Below are positions 8,863 through 21,044 of a stretch of 64,000 nucleotides of DNA, one piece after another; the first letter of the stretch is position 1; each line of letters begins with the position of its first letter. The stretch is from an uncultured bacterium (lineage in GTDB: Bacteria > Bacillota_I > Bacilli_A > RFN20 > CAG-826): assembly GCA_949292105.1 (NCBI GenBank), contig CASEYK010000016.1, positions 9,256-73,255 on the forward strand. The letters run 5' to 3'. A model generated the notes under the pieces. It was not told where the DNA came from. It saw nothing but the letters and a program-made list of their open reading frames with translations, and searched no databases. The position numbers and the translations under genes were made by a program.

Positions 8863-9777
8863 ATGGATAAAATCATTTTTTCAATCTCTTCAAATAAAAA
8901 AGTGGTTAGAAAAATCGCTGATGCTTTGTCTTGCCCAATTGGAAAAATCAAAGTCACCCATTTTGAAGACGGCGAAATAATGGTTAAGAGTTTGAGCGAT
9001 GTTAAAGACAAAATGGTAATTGTTGTTCAATCTACATCAAAACCCGCCCATGAAAAACTATTTGAATTGTTGCTCTTGCTCGACTCGATTAAAAGAAGTG
9101 GAGCAAAGAAAATTATTTTGTTCATTCCATATTTTGGTTATTCGCGACAAGAGCGAGTTTCTTTTAAAAATGAACCTGTATCATGTGAAGTTGTTGCAAG
9201 GCTGTTAGACACCGCTAATGTTGATAAAATAATTACATTTGATGTGCATCATGAAGAGATAGTTTCGTTCTTTAAAACTCCTTTCATAAATCAACCTACA
9301 ACTTCATTGTTTAGTGAATATTATCAATCTTATTTTGCTAGTCATCATATCGATCTTAAAGATGTGGTTGTTGTTTCACCGGATCACGGTTCAAATCAGA
9401 GAGCGCATTTACTTGGTGAATACTTAGGTGGAGTTGATGTTATCATTTTGGATAAATATCGACCTAAGCCCAATCAAGCTGAACATCTTTATTCGAGTGC
9501 GGATGTCGAAAATAAAGTTTGTATTATCGTCGATGACATCGTCGATACAGGTGGAACTTTAATTTCTGCTATCAATCTCTTAAAAGAAAAAAATGCTCGT
9601 TTAATTTTAGTTGCCGCCTCGCATGCTGTATTATCAAAAAAGTCATCAAAATTACTAAAAATGAAGCAAATCGACGATATTGTTGTCACTAATTCGATTG
9701 AAAAGACAATAAATTCGCATGTTTCGGTTGTCGATCTTGCCCCGCTCATTATTAAGGAAATTCAATGTGATGAATAA
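8863..9777 (+). CDS. prs: Ribose-phosphate pyrophosphokinase (PRPP synthetase), divergent
   Basis: IILFIPYFGYSRQER (cf. PYFGYARQDRK), VVVSPDHG, the PRPP-binding loop IIVDDIVDTGGTL, and C-terminal VVTNSI. The flexible-loop motif DLHAxQIQGFF is altered to DVHHEEIVSFF. Confidence 0.7.
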   Translation: MDKIIFSISSNKKVVRKIADALSCPIGKIKVTHFEDGEIMVKSLSDVKDKMVIVVQSTSKPAHEKLFELLLLLDSIKRSGAKKIILFIPYFGYSRQERVSFKNEPVSCEVVARLLDTANVDKIITFDVHHEEIVSFFKTPFINQPTTSLFSEYYQSYFASHHIDLKDVVVVSPDHGSNQRAHLLGEYLGGVDVIILDKYRPKPNQAEHLYSSADVENKVCIIVDDIVDTGGTLISAINLLKEKNARLILVAASHAVLSKKSSKLLKMKQIDDIVVTNSIEKTINSHVSVVDLAPLIIKEIQCDE

Positions 9778-9907
9778 TAGAGATTTTGATGATAAAACGC
9801 CTGAAAAAAGAAAAAAGTTAGACAAACAGACAATTATTGTTATCTCTGTTTTATCTGTATTTTTATTGCTAGCTGTCATCGCATTATTATATATTATATT
9901 TAGTTAA
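9770..9907 (+). CDS. Possible small single-pass membrane protein (45 aa)
   Basis: ATG overlapping the prs stop. Translation MNNRDFDDKTPEKRKKLDKQ followed by a hydrophobic helix IIVISVLSVFLLLAVIALLYIIFS. No SD sequence, and nothing else supports it. Confidence 0.2.
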   Translation: MNNRDFDDKTPEKRKKLDKQTIIVISVLSVFLLLAVIALLYIIFS

Positions 9908-9911
9908 AAAA

Positions 9912-9950
9912 TGGGTGTTGTCCTTGCTAACCACCCAATCAAACAAGGAG
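9912..9950 (+). ncRNA. Candidate preQ1-I riboswitch in the queT 5' leader
   Basis: 5-bp stem GGGUG(9913-9917)/CACCC(9932-9936) with a loop ending ..GCUAAC. An A-rich tail AAUCAAACAAGGAG contains the SD. This closely parallels the T. tengcongensis preQ1-I aptamer (CUGGG-UCGCAGUAAC-CCCAG-UUAACAAAACAAGG). It sits immediately upstream of a QueT-family gene. Confidence 0.5.
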
Positions 9951-9957
9951 AATAAAA

Positions 9958-10458
9958 ATGAACAACAAATTAACGCAGTCAATCGCCGCTAACGGAATTA
10001 TTGCTGCTCTATATGTCATCTTGACTTTGATAACCTACCCCATATCTTTTGAAGGTATTCAATTTCGCTTTGCAGAGATTTTGGTTTTACTTACTTTTTT
10101 TCGCAAAGACTATACTTTTGGAATTTGTTTAGGATGTGCTCTTGCTAACATCGCATCTCCACTTGGTTTCTTCGATGTTTTATTTGGCACTTTAGCCACC
10201 CTTTTATCTTGTGTGTGTATTTTCTTTTGTAAGCATCTTTTACTAGCTGTTATTTTTCCAGTTATTTTTAATGGTGTTATTGTTGGGCTTGAACTTTATT
10301 GGCTAATAAATGAACCTTTATTTATCTCGATGCTTTCTGTCGCACTCGGTGAACTTGTTGTAATGATTGTTGGCTACTTTATTTTCTTTTCGTTTAGAAA
10401 GCGACCTCAAGTACTGAAGAGTATCGGTGCGCTCCAAAATATTGATTTTAAGTTTTAA
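9958..10458 (+). CDS. queT: Queuosine precursor transporter QueT (ECF-type S component family)
   Basis: 166-aa polytopic membrane protein. The IQFRFAEILVLLTFF...GELVVMIVGYFIFF pattern matches the QueT/COG4708 family. It is adjacent to tgt-queA-queH. Confidence 0.7.
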   Translation: MNNKLTQSIAANGIIAALYVILTLITYPISFEGIQFRFAEILVLLTFFRKDYTFGICLGCALANIASPLGFFDVLFGTLATLLSCVCIFFCKHLLLAVIFPVIFNGVIVGLELYWLINEPLFISMLSVALGELVVMIVGYFIFFSFRKRPQVLKSIGALQNIDFKF

Positions 10459-10521
10459 TCGCTTTTGTTATACATCTTTGTCAAACGCCTTTATAATAGT
10501 TAAAGAAAGTGAGACAAATTT

Positions 10522-12973
<2,452 letters not shown>

Positions 12974-12974
<1 letters not shown>

Positions 12975-14011
12975 TGGATATTAAACTCTTTGACTTTGAC
13001 CTGCCAGAAGAACTTATTGCTCAATCTCCATCAGAAATTCGAGATCATTCCCGTCTTTTAGTCGTTAATAAAAAAGATAAAACCTATGTTGATCAGCATT
13101 TCTTTAATATTATCGATTATTTGCAACCGGGTGATGTGCTTGTTCGAAACAACACTAAGGTTATTCCAGCTCGCTTGCTTGGAATAAAAAAAGAAACAGG
13201 CGCTCATATTGAATTACTTCTTTTACATCAAATTGAAGGAAGTCAAGATGAATGGGAGTGTATGAGTAAACCTGCTAAATCCATTAAAGTTGGAACTGAA
13301 ATTTATTTTGGCGAAAATAATGAACTTAAAGGAATCTGTCTTGGAATTAAAGACGAAGGAATAAGAATCATTAAATTTGAATATGATGGAATTTTTCTTG
13401 AGATATTAGATAAATTAGGCAAAATGCCTCTTCCACCTTACATTAAAAAACAAGTTGGCGATAAAAATCGTTATCAGACAGTGTACGCGCAAGTTGAAGG
13501 CAGTGCAGCAGCTCCAACTGCTGGATTTCATTTCACTCCAGAATTGCTCAAGCGAATTGAAGAAAAAGGAATTGAAATTATTGATATTACTCTTCACATC
13601 GGCTTAGGTACTTTTAGACCAGTAAAAGTTGATAAAGTCGAAGACCATCACATGCATGAAGAAGAATATGAAATAAGTGAAAAAGCTGCGCAAAGAATTA
13701 ACCTCGCTTTGGCTGAACATAGAAGAATAATTGCGGTGGGTACAACAGCGATTAGAACGCTTGAAGCTAATTTCAACAAGTATCATAAAATAGTGGCGAG
13801 CAAAGAGAAAACGAATATCTTTATTAAGCCGGGCTATGAATTTAAAGTTGTCAAAGCCGTTATTACAAATTTTCATCTTCCTAAATCGACACTGATTATG
13901 CTTGTCAGCGCTTTTATGGGTCGAGAATTTACTCTTGAAGTTTACCGCCATGCAGTAGAAGTAAAATATCGCTTTTTTTCTTTCGGCGATGCAATGTTTA
14001 TTTATGAATAA
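12974..14011 (+). CDS. queA: S-adenosylmethionine:tRNA ribosyltransferase-isomerase
   Basis: N-terminal MDIKLFDFDLPEELIAQSP and C-terminal FFSFGDAM are conserved QueA blocks. 1-nt overlap with tgt. Confidence 0.9.
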
Positions 14012-14636
14012 CAATGTAAATTATCAAAAAACTCTTTATAAAACCCTTGAAAATATCAAAAATGATGGCAAAAAGCCAAAATTATTGCTCCATGTTTGTT
14101 GTGGACCGTGCTTTAGTGTTCCTTTTGATATACTCAAAGATTTTTTCGATATTACTATTATTTATAACAACTCAAATATTTATCCAGAAGAAGAATTTTA
14201 TCGACGAAAAAACGAACTAAAAAAATATCTTCATCTCATTGGGCGAGATGAGATTGAAATTGTTGAAGTCAAATATAATCCACAAGAATTTTTATGTTAT
14301 ATCAAAGGTCACGAGAGCGATAAAGAAGGCCACGAAAGATGTCGACTTTGCTTTCGTTATAGATTAACCTACGGATATCAATATGCACAAGACCATAATT
14401 TTGATTATTTTGGTACAGTTATGAGTATATCCCGATATAAAAATGCTCAAGACATAAACGCGATTGGGTTGGATTTGGAAAAAGAATTTCCTAACGTTAA
14501 ATGGCTTTGTGCGGATTTTAAAAAGAATAATGGTTACGAAAAAGAACTCGTCATCTGTCGGCAGTTTAACTTGTATTTTCAAGAGTATTGTGGTTGTCAG
14601 TTCTCGTATGAAAATTTCTTAAAAAAACATCAATAA
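14004..14636 (+). CDS. queH: Epoxyqueuosine reductase QueH (DUF208)
   Basis: LLLHVCCGPC and CRLCFRYRL cysteine motifs of the QueH family. The start is ambiguous (ATG at 13989, 14004 or 14016). Confidence 0.75.
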   Translation: MNNNVNYQKTLYKTLENIKNDGKKPKLLLHVCCGPCFSVPFDILKDFFDITIIYNNSNIYPEEEFYRRKNELKKYLHLIGRDEIEIVEVKYNPQEFLCYIKGHESDKEGHERCRLCFRYRLTYGYQYAQDHNFDYFGTVMSISRYKNAQDINAIGLDLEKEFPNVKWLCADFKKNNGYEKELVICRQFNLYFQEYCGCQFSYENFLKKHQ

Positions 14637-14664
14637 TTTATCTTTTTTTCGTCGATTAGTTTGT

Positions 14665-14702
14665 CCAATCATAAGCATTGATTGGGCTTTTTCTTATTTT
14701 TT
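14665..14702 (+). terminator. Rho-independent terminator after queH
   Basis: CCAATCA-TAAGCA-TTGATTGG hairpin followed by GCTTTTTCTTATTTTTT. Confidence 0.6.
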
Positions 14703-14713
14703 ATAAAAAGTTA

Positions 14714-14743
14714 TTGACATGCACGCGTAAAGAGGGGTATATT
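14714..14743 (+). promoter_or_regulatory. Sigma-A type promoter of the S10 ribosomal operon, followed by a ~130-nt leader
   Basis: TTGACA (14714-14719), 18-nt spacer, TATATT (14738-14743). GC-rich structured leader from 14744 to 14872. Confidence 0.55.
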
Positions 14744-14872
14744 CTAAACGTTGACTGCTCGCGTTGATGTGCGAGGTTGCGGATACACCCACAGGCGTTG
14801 TCATGAAGGTATATTCGGGAATTCTCACTGAGCGGACAAGTCAAGCCTGAAGTGATATTAGGAGGAAAGTTC

Positions 14873-15184
14873 ATGGCAAAAACAACAAAGATTCGGGTTC
14901 GCCTCAAAGCATACGATGCCGCTAACCTTGATGCTAGCGCAAAAAAGATCGTTGATGCTGCGGTGAAAACAAATGCTGGGGTCGTGGGACCAATTCCGCT
15001 CCCGACGGAAAAACAAGTATTCACAATCTTGAGAGCTGTTCACAAATACAAAGATTCTCGTGAACAATTCGAAATTAGAACCCACAAAAGAATTATCGAT
15101 ATTGTCAATCCAAGCAAAGGAACAATCGACGCACTAAAAAATCTCGATTTACCTTCAGGAGTTGATATCGAAATCAAACTATAA
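14873..15184 (+). CDS. rpsJ: 30S ribosomal protein S10
   Basis: [21 protein letters not shown] lies 7 nt upstream. The ORF-track start at 14852 is an artefact. Confidence 0.95.
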   Translation: MAKTTKIRVRLKAYDAANLDASAKKIVDAAVKTNAGVVGPIPLPTEKQVFTILRAVHKYKDSREQFEIRTHKRIIDIVNPSKGTIDALKNLDLPSGVDIEIKL

Positions 15185-15198
15185 GGAGGTAAGACACA

Positions 15199-15930
15199 AT
15201 GAAAGCAATATTAGGTCGTCAAATGGGCATGACCCAAGTCTTCGCTGAAGATGGCACCATGTATCCTGTGACAGTCGTTGAAGTCTTGCCAAATGTTGTC
15301 ACTCAAGTTAAGACGCTTGAGAAAGATGGTTATGTAGCTGTTCAAGTCGGCTATGAAGACATGAAAGAAAGCCGTGCTAATAAATGTGAAAAAGGCATTG
15401 CCAAGAAGGCTGGTACCAATCCTCACAAAATCAGTGCTGAATTACGAGGAGATGAAATGGCCAATTACAAATTAGGCGATAAAATCACCGTCGATATGTT
15501 CAAAGCTGGTGATGTCGTCGATGTTATTGGAACAAGCAAAGGCAAAGGCTATGCTGGTACAATCAAGCGCTGGCATATGACCATCGGTCCAAAAGGTCAT
15601 GGTTCAGGTTATCACCGCGGACAAGGCTCATTCTCCAATAATGGGCGTTGCAATAACCGCGTTATTCCTGGTAAACACATGTCTGGACATCATGGCAACA
15701 AGTCGGCAACAATCTTAAATCTCGTTGTGATTAAAGTTGATGTCGAAAGAAATGCCATTCTCATCAAAGGTGGACTTCCTGGTCCGAGAAAGTCAATTGT
15801 GACAATCAGAAGTGCAATCAAGGCTCAAAAAGGCAAGCCAGTCGTTAAGACGCTCATCGATCGCACACCTGTTATGGAAGCGGCTGCTCCAGAAGTTACA
15901 AGTACACCTGTTGAAGAAAAAGCCGAATAA
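15199..15930 (+). CDS. rplC: 50S ribosomal protein L3 (with a C-terminal extension)
   Basis: The conserved L3 core runs through ..GGLPG.., then a ~35-aa K/A/E/P-rich tail. Confidence 0.95.
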   Translation: MKAILGRQMGMTQVFAEDGTMYPVTVVEVLPNVVTQVKTLEKDGYVAVQVGYEDMKESRANKCEKGIAKKAGTNPHKISAELRGDEMANYKLGDKITVDMFKAGDVVDVIGTSKGKGYAGTIKRWHMTIGPKGHGSGYHRGQGSFSNNGRCNNRVIPGKHMSGHHGNKSATILNLVVIKVDVERNAILIKGGLPGPRKSIVTIRSAIKAQKGKPVVKTLIDRTPVMEAAAPEVTSTPVEEKAE

Positions 15931-15951
15931 GACGAAAGGAGTTAATTAATT

Positions 15952-16593
15952 ATGGCAGAAAAGAAAAATGTCAGCGTCAAAGTAATGAACATGGCTGGCG
16001 AAGAAGTATCCAAATTAAATTTAAGCGCTTCCGTCTTCGGTATTGAACCGCATCAACAAGCTCTCTTCGATGCCGTTCAAGTTGAACAAAGCAATGCGCG
16101 TCAAGCGACTGCTAAAACCAAAAAGAGACATGAGGTGAGCGGTGGTGGTAAAAAACCATGGCGTCAAAAAGGAACCGGACGCGCTCGTGCTGGTAGCACA
16201 AGAAGCCCAATCTGGGTCGGAGGCGGTAATGTCTTTGGGCCAGATGGCACACAAAATTTCAAGATTTCTCAAAACAAAAAAGAGTATCGTTTGGCTAAAA
16301 AGAGTGCTCTCTCACTCGCTGTTAAAGAAAATAAATTAACAGTTGTCGATGAAATTAAGTTTGCTGAAAAGAAAACAAAAGCATTTGTCGCTATGTTAGA
16401 TGCTCTTAAAGCCGGCAGCAAAGTGCTTGTCGTCGTCGATGAAATCGATGAAGCAATGTTTGCCTCAGCAAGAAACCTTGCTTGGGTCAAATTAGTTACT
16501 TCAGACAATGTCAGCGTTGTTGACTTGCTCAATGTCGATACCCTCGTCATGAGCCAAACAGCCGCTAAATCTATTGAGGAGGCATTAAAGTAA
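15952..16593 (+). CDS. rplD: 50S ribosomal protein L4
   Basis: GGGKKPWRQKGTGRAR motif. Confidence 0.95.
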   Translation: MAEKKNVSVKVMNMAGEEVSKLNLSASVFGIEPHQQALFDAVQVEQSNARQATAKTKKRHEVSGGGKKPWRQKGTGRARAGSTRSPIWVGGGNVFGPDGTQNFKISQNKKEYRLAKKSALSLAVKENKLTVVDEIKFAEKKTKAFVAMLDALKAGSKVLVVVDEIDEAMFASARNLAWVKLVTSDNVSVVDLLNVDTLVMSQTAAKSIEEALK

Positions 16594-16594
16594 T

Positions 16595-16939
16595 ATGGCA
16601 CGCAAAGCAAAAAAACAAAGCGCAACAACTGAACGCTTCCCAAAAGCGACAGAAAAAGATTACGCCGTGATTGATAAACCAGTCATCACTGAAAAAACCA
16701 TGGCGTTAATGCAAAACGAAAACAAAGTCACCATTAAAGTTAATAAAAATTCTAACAAGACAGAAATCAAACTTGCCTTTGAAAGAATTTTCCAAGTCAA
16801 AGTTGTCGATGTCAAAGTTAGCAATGTGGCGGCTAAATCCCTAACAAGAGGAACAAGATATAAAGGAACCTTGCCGGGATATAAGAAAGCGATTGTCACT
16901 ATCGCCAGTGGTGAAGCAATCGACTTATTCAAAGAATAA
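16595..16939 (+). CDS. rplW: 50S ribosomal protein L23 (N-terminal ~20-aa basic extension)
   Basis: The conserved VIDKPVITEK.. block is preceded by MARKAKKQSATTERFPKATEKD. Confidence 0.9.
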   Translation: MARKAKKQSATTERFPKATEKDYAVIDKPVITEKTMALMQNENKVTIKVNKNSNKTEIKLAFERIFQVKVVDVKVSNVAAKSLTRGTRYKGTLPGYKKAIVTIASGEAIDLFKE

Positions 16940-16966
16940 CGAAAGATAAATATAGGAGGAAATGAA

Positions 16967-17800
16967 ATGTCTATCAGAAGTTATAAACCAACTTCTCCAT
17001 CACGTCGTAATATGACCAATTCGACATTCGAAGAAATTACGACCGCTACTCCTGAGAAAAGCTTATTAGTCAGTTTGACCAAAACAGGCGGAAGAAACAA
17101 CCAAGGCATTATTACTACTCGCCATATTGGTGGTGGCCATAAACGCAAATACCGCATTGTTGACTTCAAACGCGATAAAGATAATATCCCAGCGACGGTC
17201 AAAACAATCGAATATGATCCAAATCGTAATGCAAACATTTGTTTGCTCTCATACGCCGACGGAGAGAAAAGATACATTCTCGCCCCAAAGGGTTTGAATG
17301 TCGGTAGCAAAGTTGTGTCTGGAGATGCATGTGACATTCTTGTTGGCAATGCAATGCAACTAAAAAATATTCCAGAAGGTACATTCATTCATAATGTTGA
17401 ATTAAAACCTGGTAAAGGTGGACAAATGTGCCGTGCTGCTGGGACGAGTGCTCAAGTGCTCGGTCTCGAAGGCAAATATGCCATCATTCGTCTCGCTTCT
17501 GGCGAAGTGAGAAAAGTCGTTAGCACCTGCCGTGCTACAATCGGTATTGTCGGCAACGAAGATTATAACCTTATCAATCTCGGCAAAGCCGGTAAGACCA
17601 GATGGAAGGGCGAAAGACCAACCGTTCGTGGTTCGGTCATGAATCCTAATGATCACCCACACGGTGGTGGTGAGGGTAAAGCCCCAGTCGGCCGCGATGC
17701 TCCAAGAACCCCATGGGGCAAGAGAGCTCTCGGTGTGAAGACAAGAAATAGTAAGAAAGCGTCCGGCAAATTAATCGTCCGTCGCCGCAACGCGAAATAG
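16967..17800 (+). CDS. rplB: 50S ribosomal protein L2
   Basis: [16 protein letters not shown] motif. Confidence 0.95.
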   Translation: MSIRSYKPTSPSRRNMTNSTFEEITTATPEKSLLVSLTKTGGRNNQGIITTRHIGGGHKRKYRIVDFKRDKDNIPATVKTIEYDPNRNANICLLSYADGEKRYILAPKGLNVGSKVVSGDACDILVGNAMQLKNIPEGTFIHNVELKPGKGGQMCRAAGTSAQVLGLEGKYAIIRLASGEVRKVVSTCRATIGIVGNEDYNLINLGKAGKTRWKGERPTVRGSVMNPNDHPHGGGEGKAPVGRDAPRTPWGKRALGVKTRNSKKASGKLIVRRRNAK

Positions 17801-17819
17801 GTAAAAGGAGGAAAAAATA

Positions 17820-18113
17820 ATGGCACGTAGTTTGAAAAAAGGTGCATTCGTCGATGAATATCTTCTCAAAAAAGTCGAAGCACTCAATGAAAGCGGTAAA
17901 AAAGAGATCATTAAGACATGGTCGCGCCGCTCAACCATTTACCCAGCATTTGTGGGCCACACCTTTGCCGTCTATAACGGAAAAGAACATATCTCTGTTT
18001 ATGTCACCGATGATATGGTTGGACATAAACTCGGCGAATTCTCACCGACCAGAAAATATACAGGACACACTGGCCATACCGCTGAAGATAAAGCGGCTGC
18101 GGCTGGTAAATAA
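17820..18113 (+). CDS. rpsS: 30S ribosomal protein S19
   Basis: [17 protein letters not shown] motif. Confidence 0.95.
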   Translation: MARSLKKGAFVDEYLLKKVEALNESGKKEIIKTWSRRSTIYPAFVGHTFAVYNGKEHISVYVTDDMVGHKLGEFSPTRKYTGHTGHTAEDKAAAAGK

Positions 18114-18124
18114 TGGAGGTCAAT

Positions 18125-18631
18125 ATGGCAGAAAAGAAAACGAAAAAAGTCGCTGACAAAACTGAAAAAGTTGTAGAAGAAACAACCCCAGTCGAAACAG
18201 CTGCTCCTGCTGAAGAAACTGCTCCAAAAGCTAAAAAAGCAAAAAAGGAAAAACCTGTCAAAGCAGTCGAGCCAAAAAAACCTTCTAAACCGATGCCGAC
18301 TGAAGCTCGTGCGATTGCAACTAATGTTCGCATTACCCCGCGCAAAGCTCGACTCGTCATCGATCTCGTCCGAGGTAAGAGTGTTAAGGAAGCATTAGGT
18401 ATCCTTCACAATGTCAATCGCGCTGCTAGCGAACCAGTCATGAAAGTGATTAAATCCGCTACTGCCAACGCGACAAACAACTTCGGAATGGATGAAAATA
18501 GTCTTTACATCGATACCATCTATGCCAACGATGGCCTTAAGATGAAAAGATATATGCCAAGAGCAAAAGGTTCTGCTTCTGGCTTAGTAAAAAGAACCTG
18601 CCACATCACCGTGGTAGTCAAGATGAGATAG
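18125..18631 (+). CDS. rplV: 50S ribosomal protein L22 with a ~55-aa N-terminal K/A/P/E-rich extension
   Basis: The conserved core ARAIATNVRITPRKARLVIDLVRGK starts about 60 aa into the ORF. GGAGG lies 6 nt before the ATG at 18125. There is no SD before the internal Met. Confidence 0.85.
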   Translation: MAEKKTKKVADKTEKVVEETTPVETAAPAEETAPKAKKAKKEKPVKAVEPKKPSKPMPTEARAIATNVRITPRKARLVIDLVRGKSVKEALGILHNVNRAASEPVMKVIKSATANATNNFGMDENSLYIDTIYANDGLKMKRYMPRAKGSASGLVKRTCHITVVVKMR

Positions 18632-18644
18632 GAGGAAAGAATCA

Positions 18645-19334
18645 ATGGGTCAAAAAGTTAATCCAGTCGGCATGCGCATTGGAATCAACCGCAATTGGAA
18701 TTCGCGTTGGTATGCTGATGACAAAGAATATCATGTCTATCTCAATCAAGACATTAAAATTCGTCAATATTTGACAAAAAATCTTAAAGAGGCACTTCTC
18801 TCGCATGTTGAGATTGAAAGAACCAAGACTGACAAAGGTCAAAAAGTAGTAGTTTACATCTTTGTCGCTCGTCCAGGTGTTGTCCTCGGTCAAGATGGCA
18901 AAAACATCTTAAAATTAAAGAAAGACTTATCTAAATTTGTTGGCGGTGCCAATTTAAGACTTGATGTCGTCGAAGTTAAATCTCCAGATTTGGATGCGAA
19001 CTTAGTCGCTCAAAGCATTGCCAAACAATTAGAAGAAAGAGCAAGTTTTAGAACCGCTCAGAAAAAGACCATTCAAAAAGTACGAAAAGCCGGCGCTAAA
19101 GGCTGCCGTACAGTCGTCAGTGGTCGTCTAGGCGGAGCTGATATCGCTCGTAGCGAAGGCTATAAAGAAGGCATTATTCCTCTTCATACTCTCCGCAGCG
19201 ACATCGACTACGCTGTTGCTGAAGCTGCTACTACATACGGACGCTTAGGCGTTAAAGTGTGGATCTGCCGCGGTGAAATTAGAAAAGAAAAAGCTGCTCC
19301 TAAAACTGAAGTCTCTGAAGCGAAAGGAGAATAA
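18645..19334 (+). CDS. rpsC: 30S ribosomal protein S3
   Basis: [15 protein letters not shown]-domain start. Confidence 0.95.
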   Translation: MGQKVNPVGMRIGINRNWNSRWYADDKEYHVYLNQDIKIRQYLTKNLKEALLSHVEIERTKTDKGQKVVVYIFVARPGVVLGQDGKNILKLKKDLSKFVGGANLRLDVVEVKSPDLDANLVAQSIAKQLEERASFRTAQKKTIQKVRKAGAKGCRTVVSGRLGGADIARSEGYKEGIIPLHTLRSDIDYAVAEAATTYGRLGVKVWICRGEIRKEKAAPKTEVSEAKGE

Positions 19335-19336
19335 TC

Positions 19337-19750
19337 ATGTTAGAACCAAAAAGAACAAAATATCGCCGTCCACATATTATTAAATATGAAGGACATTCAA
19401 AGGGCGGAACTGAAGTCACTTTTGGCGATTATGGTCTCCAAGCTCTTGAAGGAAATTGGGTCAGCGCTCGTCAAATTGAAGCTGCCCGTATCGTCTTGGC
19501 TCGATACACAAAAAGAAGTGGTAAGATTTGGATTCGTATCTTCCCACATTTAGCCAAAACTAAAAAGGCTGCCGGAACTCGTATGGGTTCAGGAAAAGGT
19601 GGTCCAGAATTATGGGTCGCCGTTGTCAAAACAGGCCGCGTTATGTTTGAAATCGGCGGAGTCCCAGATGCTGATGCAATAGAAGCATTAAGACTTGCCG
19701 CTTACAAATTGCCACTTAAATGTAAAGTGGTGAAGAAAGGAGAAAAGTAG
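19337..19750 (+). CDS. rplP: 50S ribosomal protein L16
   Basis: [18 protein letters not shown]. Confidence 0.95.
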   Translation: MLEPKRTKYRRPHIIKYEGHSKGGTEVTFGDYGLQALEGNWVSARQIEAARIVLARYTKRSGKIWIRIFPHLAKTKKAAGTRMGSGKGGPELWVAVVKTGRVMFEIGGVPDADAIEALRLAAYKLPLKCKVVKKGEK

Positions 19751-19752
19751 AG

Positions 19753-19950
19753 ATGAAAATTTCTGAAGTCCGCGATATGAGTACGAGTGAACTTAACGAA
19801 AAACTCTACTCTCTCAAAGAACAACTCTTCGAGTTAAGACGTAAAAAAGCTGTTGGAGCTCTCGAAAGAGGTGAAGATGTCATTACTGTGAGAAAAGACA
19901 TCGCCCGTATCAATATGGTTATTCGCGAGCGCGAATTACAAGGAAAATAA
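19753..19950 (+). CDS. rpmC: 50S ribosomal protein L29
   Basis: 65 aa; EL..KL..LK.ELFELR pattern. Confidence 0.9.
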   Translation: MKISEVRDMSTSELNEKLYSLKEQLFELRRKKAVGALERGEDVITVRKDIARINMVIRERELQGK

Positions 19951-19958
19951 GGAGATAA

Positions 19959-20339
19959 ATGGTTATGGAAAGAAATAATGTATCCAGACGAACAATTCAA
20001 GGTGTCGTCGTTCAAAACAAAAATGACAAGACCATCGTCGTCCTTGTTGAAACTCACAAAAAACACGCTAAATACGGCAAGCGCGTTAAATATAGTAAAA
20101 AATATTATGCCCATGATGAGAAAAATGAATGTAAAGTCGGAGATACCGTCACAATCATGGAAACTCGTCCTCTCAGCGCATTAAAAAGATTTAGACTCGT
20201 CTCAATCGATAAACACGCTGAATTGAGCGTAAAAGAAGCCGAAGCTGAATTAAAAGAAGAAATCTTAACTGGCGAAGTTGAAGAGACAGCTACCAGTGAA
20301 GAGACCGCCGAAAAAGAAGCAAAGGAGGAAAATGAATAA
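19959..20339 (+). CDS. rpsQ: 30S ribosomal protein S17 with an acidic C-terminal extension
   Basis: S17 core ([26 protein letters not shown]), then a ~40-aa E/A/K-rich tail. Confidence 0.9.
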   Translation: MVMERNNVSRRTIQGVVVQNKNDKTIVVLVETHKKHAKYGKRVKYSKKYYAHDEKNECKVGDTVTIMETRPLSALKRFRLVSIDKHAELSVKEAEAELKEEILTGEVEETATSEETAEKEAKEENE

Positions 20340-20713
20340 TGATTCAAAACGAAACAAATCTTGTTGTTGCCGATAATTCCGGAGCAAGAAAAGTTCGCGC
20401 CTTCCGCCTCTACGGTGGTTCAAACCGCAAATCTTCATCCGTCGGCGACATTATCTTATGTGCCGTTAAAGACGCCATCCCAAACGCAAAAGTGAAAAAA
20501 GGCGATGTCGTCAAATGCGTCATCGTTCGCACTAAAAAGGCCATCAATCGTCCAGATGGTTCAACCATTCGTTTTGATGATAACGCTGTTGTTGTTATTA
20601 ATGATGATTGTGCACCAGTTGGAACTCGTGTTTTTGGACCAGTAGCCCGCGAACTCAGAGAGCAAGGAGATAAATTCATGAAAATTGTCTCATTAGCTCT
20701 AGAAGTGTTATAA
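20339..20713 (+). CDS. rplN: 50S ribosomal protein L14
   Basis: [17 protein letters not shown]. Confidence 0.95.
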   Translation: MIQNETNLVVADNSGARKVRAFRLYGGSNRKSSSVGDIILCAVKDAIPNAKVKKGDVVKCVIVRTKKAINRPDGSTIRFDDNAVVVINDDCAPVGTRVFGPVARELREQGDKFMKIVSLALEVL

Positions 20714-20725
20714 GGAGGAAAAACG

Positions 20726-21031
20726 ATGAATCTAGTTAAAGGTGATAAAGTCATCGTTATCGCTGGGCGCGATAAAGGTAAAGTCGGAATCATTCAAAAA
20801 GTTGATCCGAAATCTAATCGCGTGGTAGTGGAAAACGTCAATGTCCGTAAAAAACACAAAAAACCAACTCAACAAAATCCTGAAGGAACAATTATGGAAG
20901 TCTATGCACCAATTGATGCATCAAATGTCATGATTGTCGATCCAAAAACAAAAAAACCAACTCGTATCGCTCATAAAGAAGTGAAAGGCAAAAAGGTTCG
21001 CGTGACGAAAGCCAGCGGATCAGTATTATAA
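20726..21031 (+). CDS. rplX: 50S ribosomal protein L24
   Basis: [18 protein letters not shown] motif. Confidence 0.95.
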   Translation: MNLVKGDKVIVIAGRDKGKVGIIQKVDPKSNRVVVENVNVRKKHKKPTQQNPEGTIMEVYAPIDASNVMIVDPKTKKPTRIAHKEVKGKKVRVTKASGSVL

Positions 21032-21044
21032 GGAGGATAGAACA

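Noticed and set aside
10459-10521. A second riboswitch or attenuator between queT and the FDP gene
   Set aside because: The 63-nt spacer shows only a weak promoter-like TATAAT and no convincing conserved structure.
16981-17388. 135-aa ORF on the minus strand (other antisense ORFs such as 18004..18360, 20410..20793 and 16269..16643 are similar)
   Set aside because: These lie entirely antisense to highly conserved ribosomal protein genes (rplB, rplV, rplN, rplD). They have no SD or promoter, and their composition just mirrors the sense-strand codon bias. They are frame artefacts.
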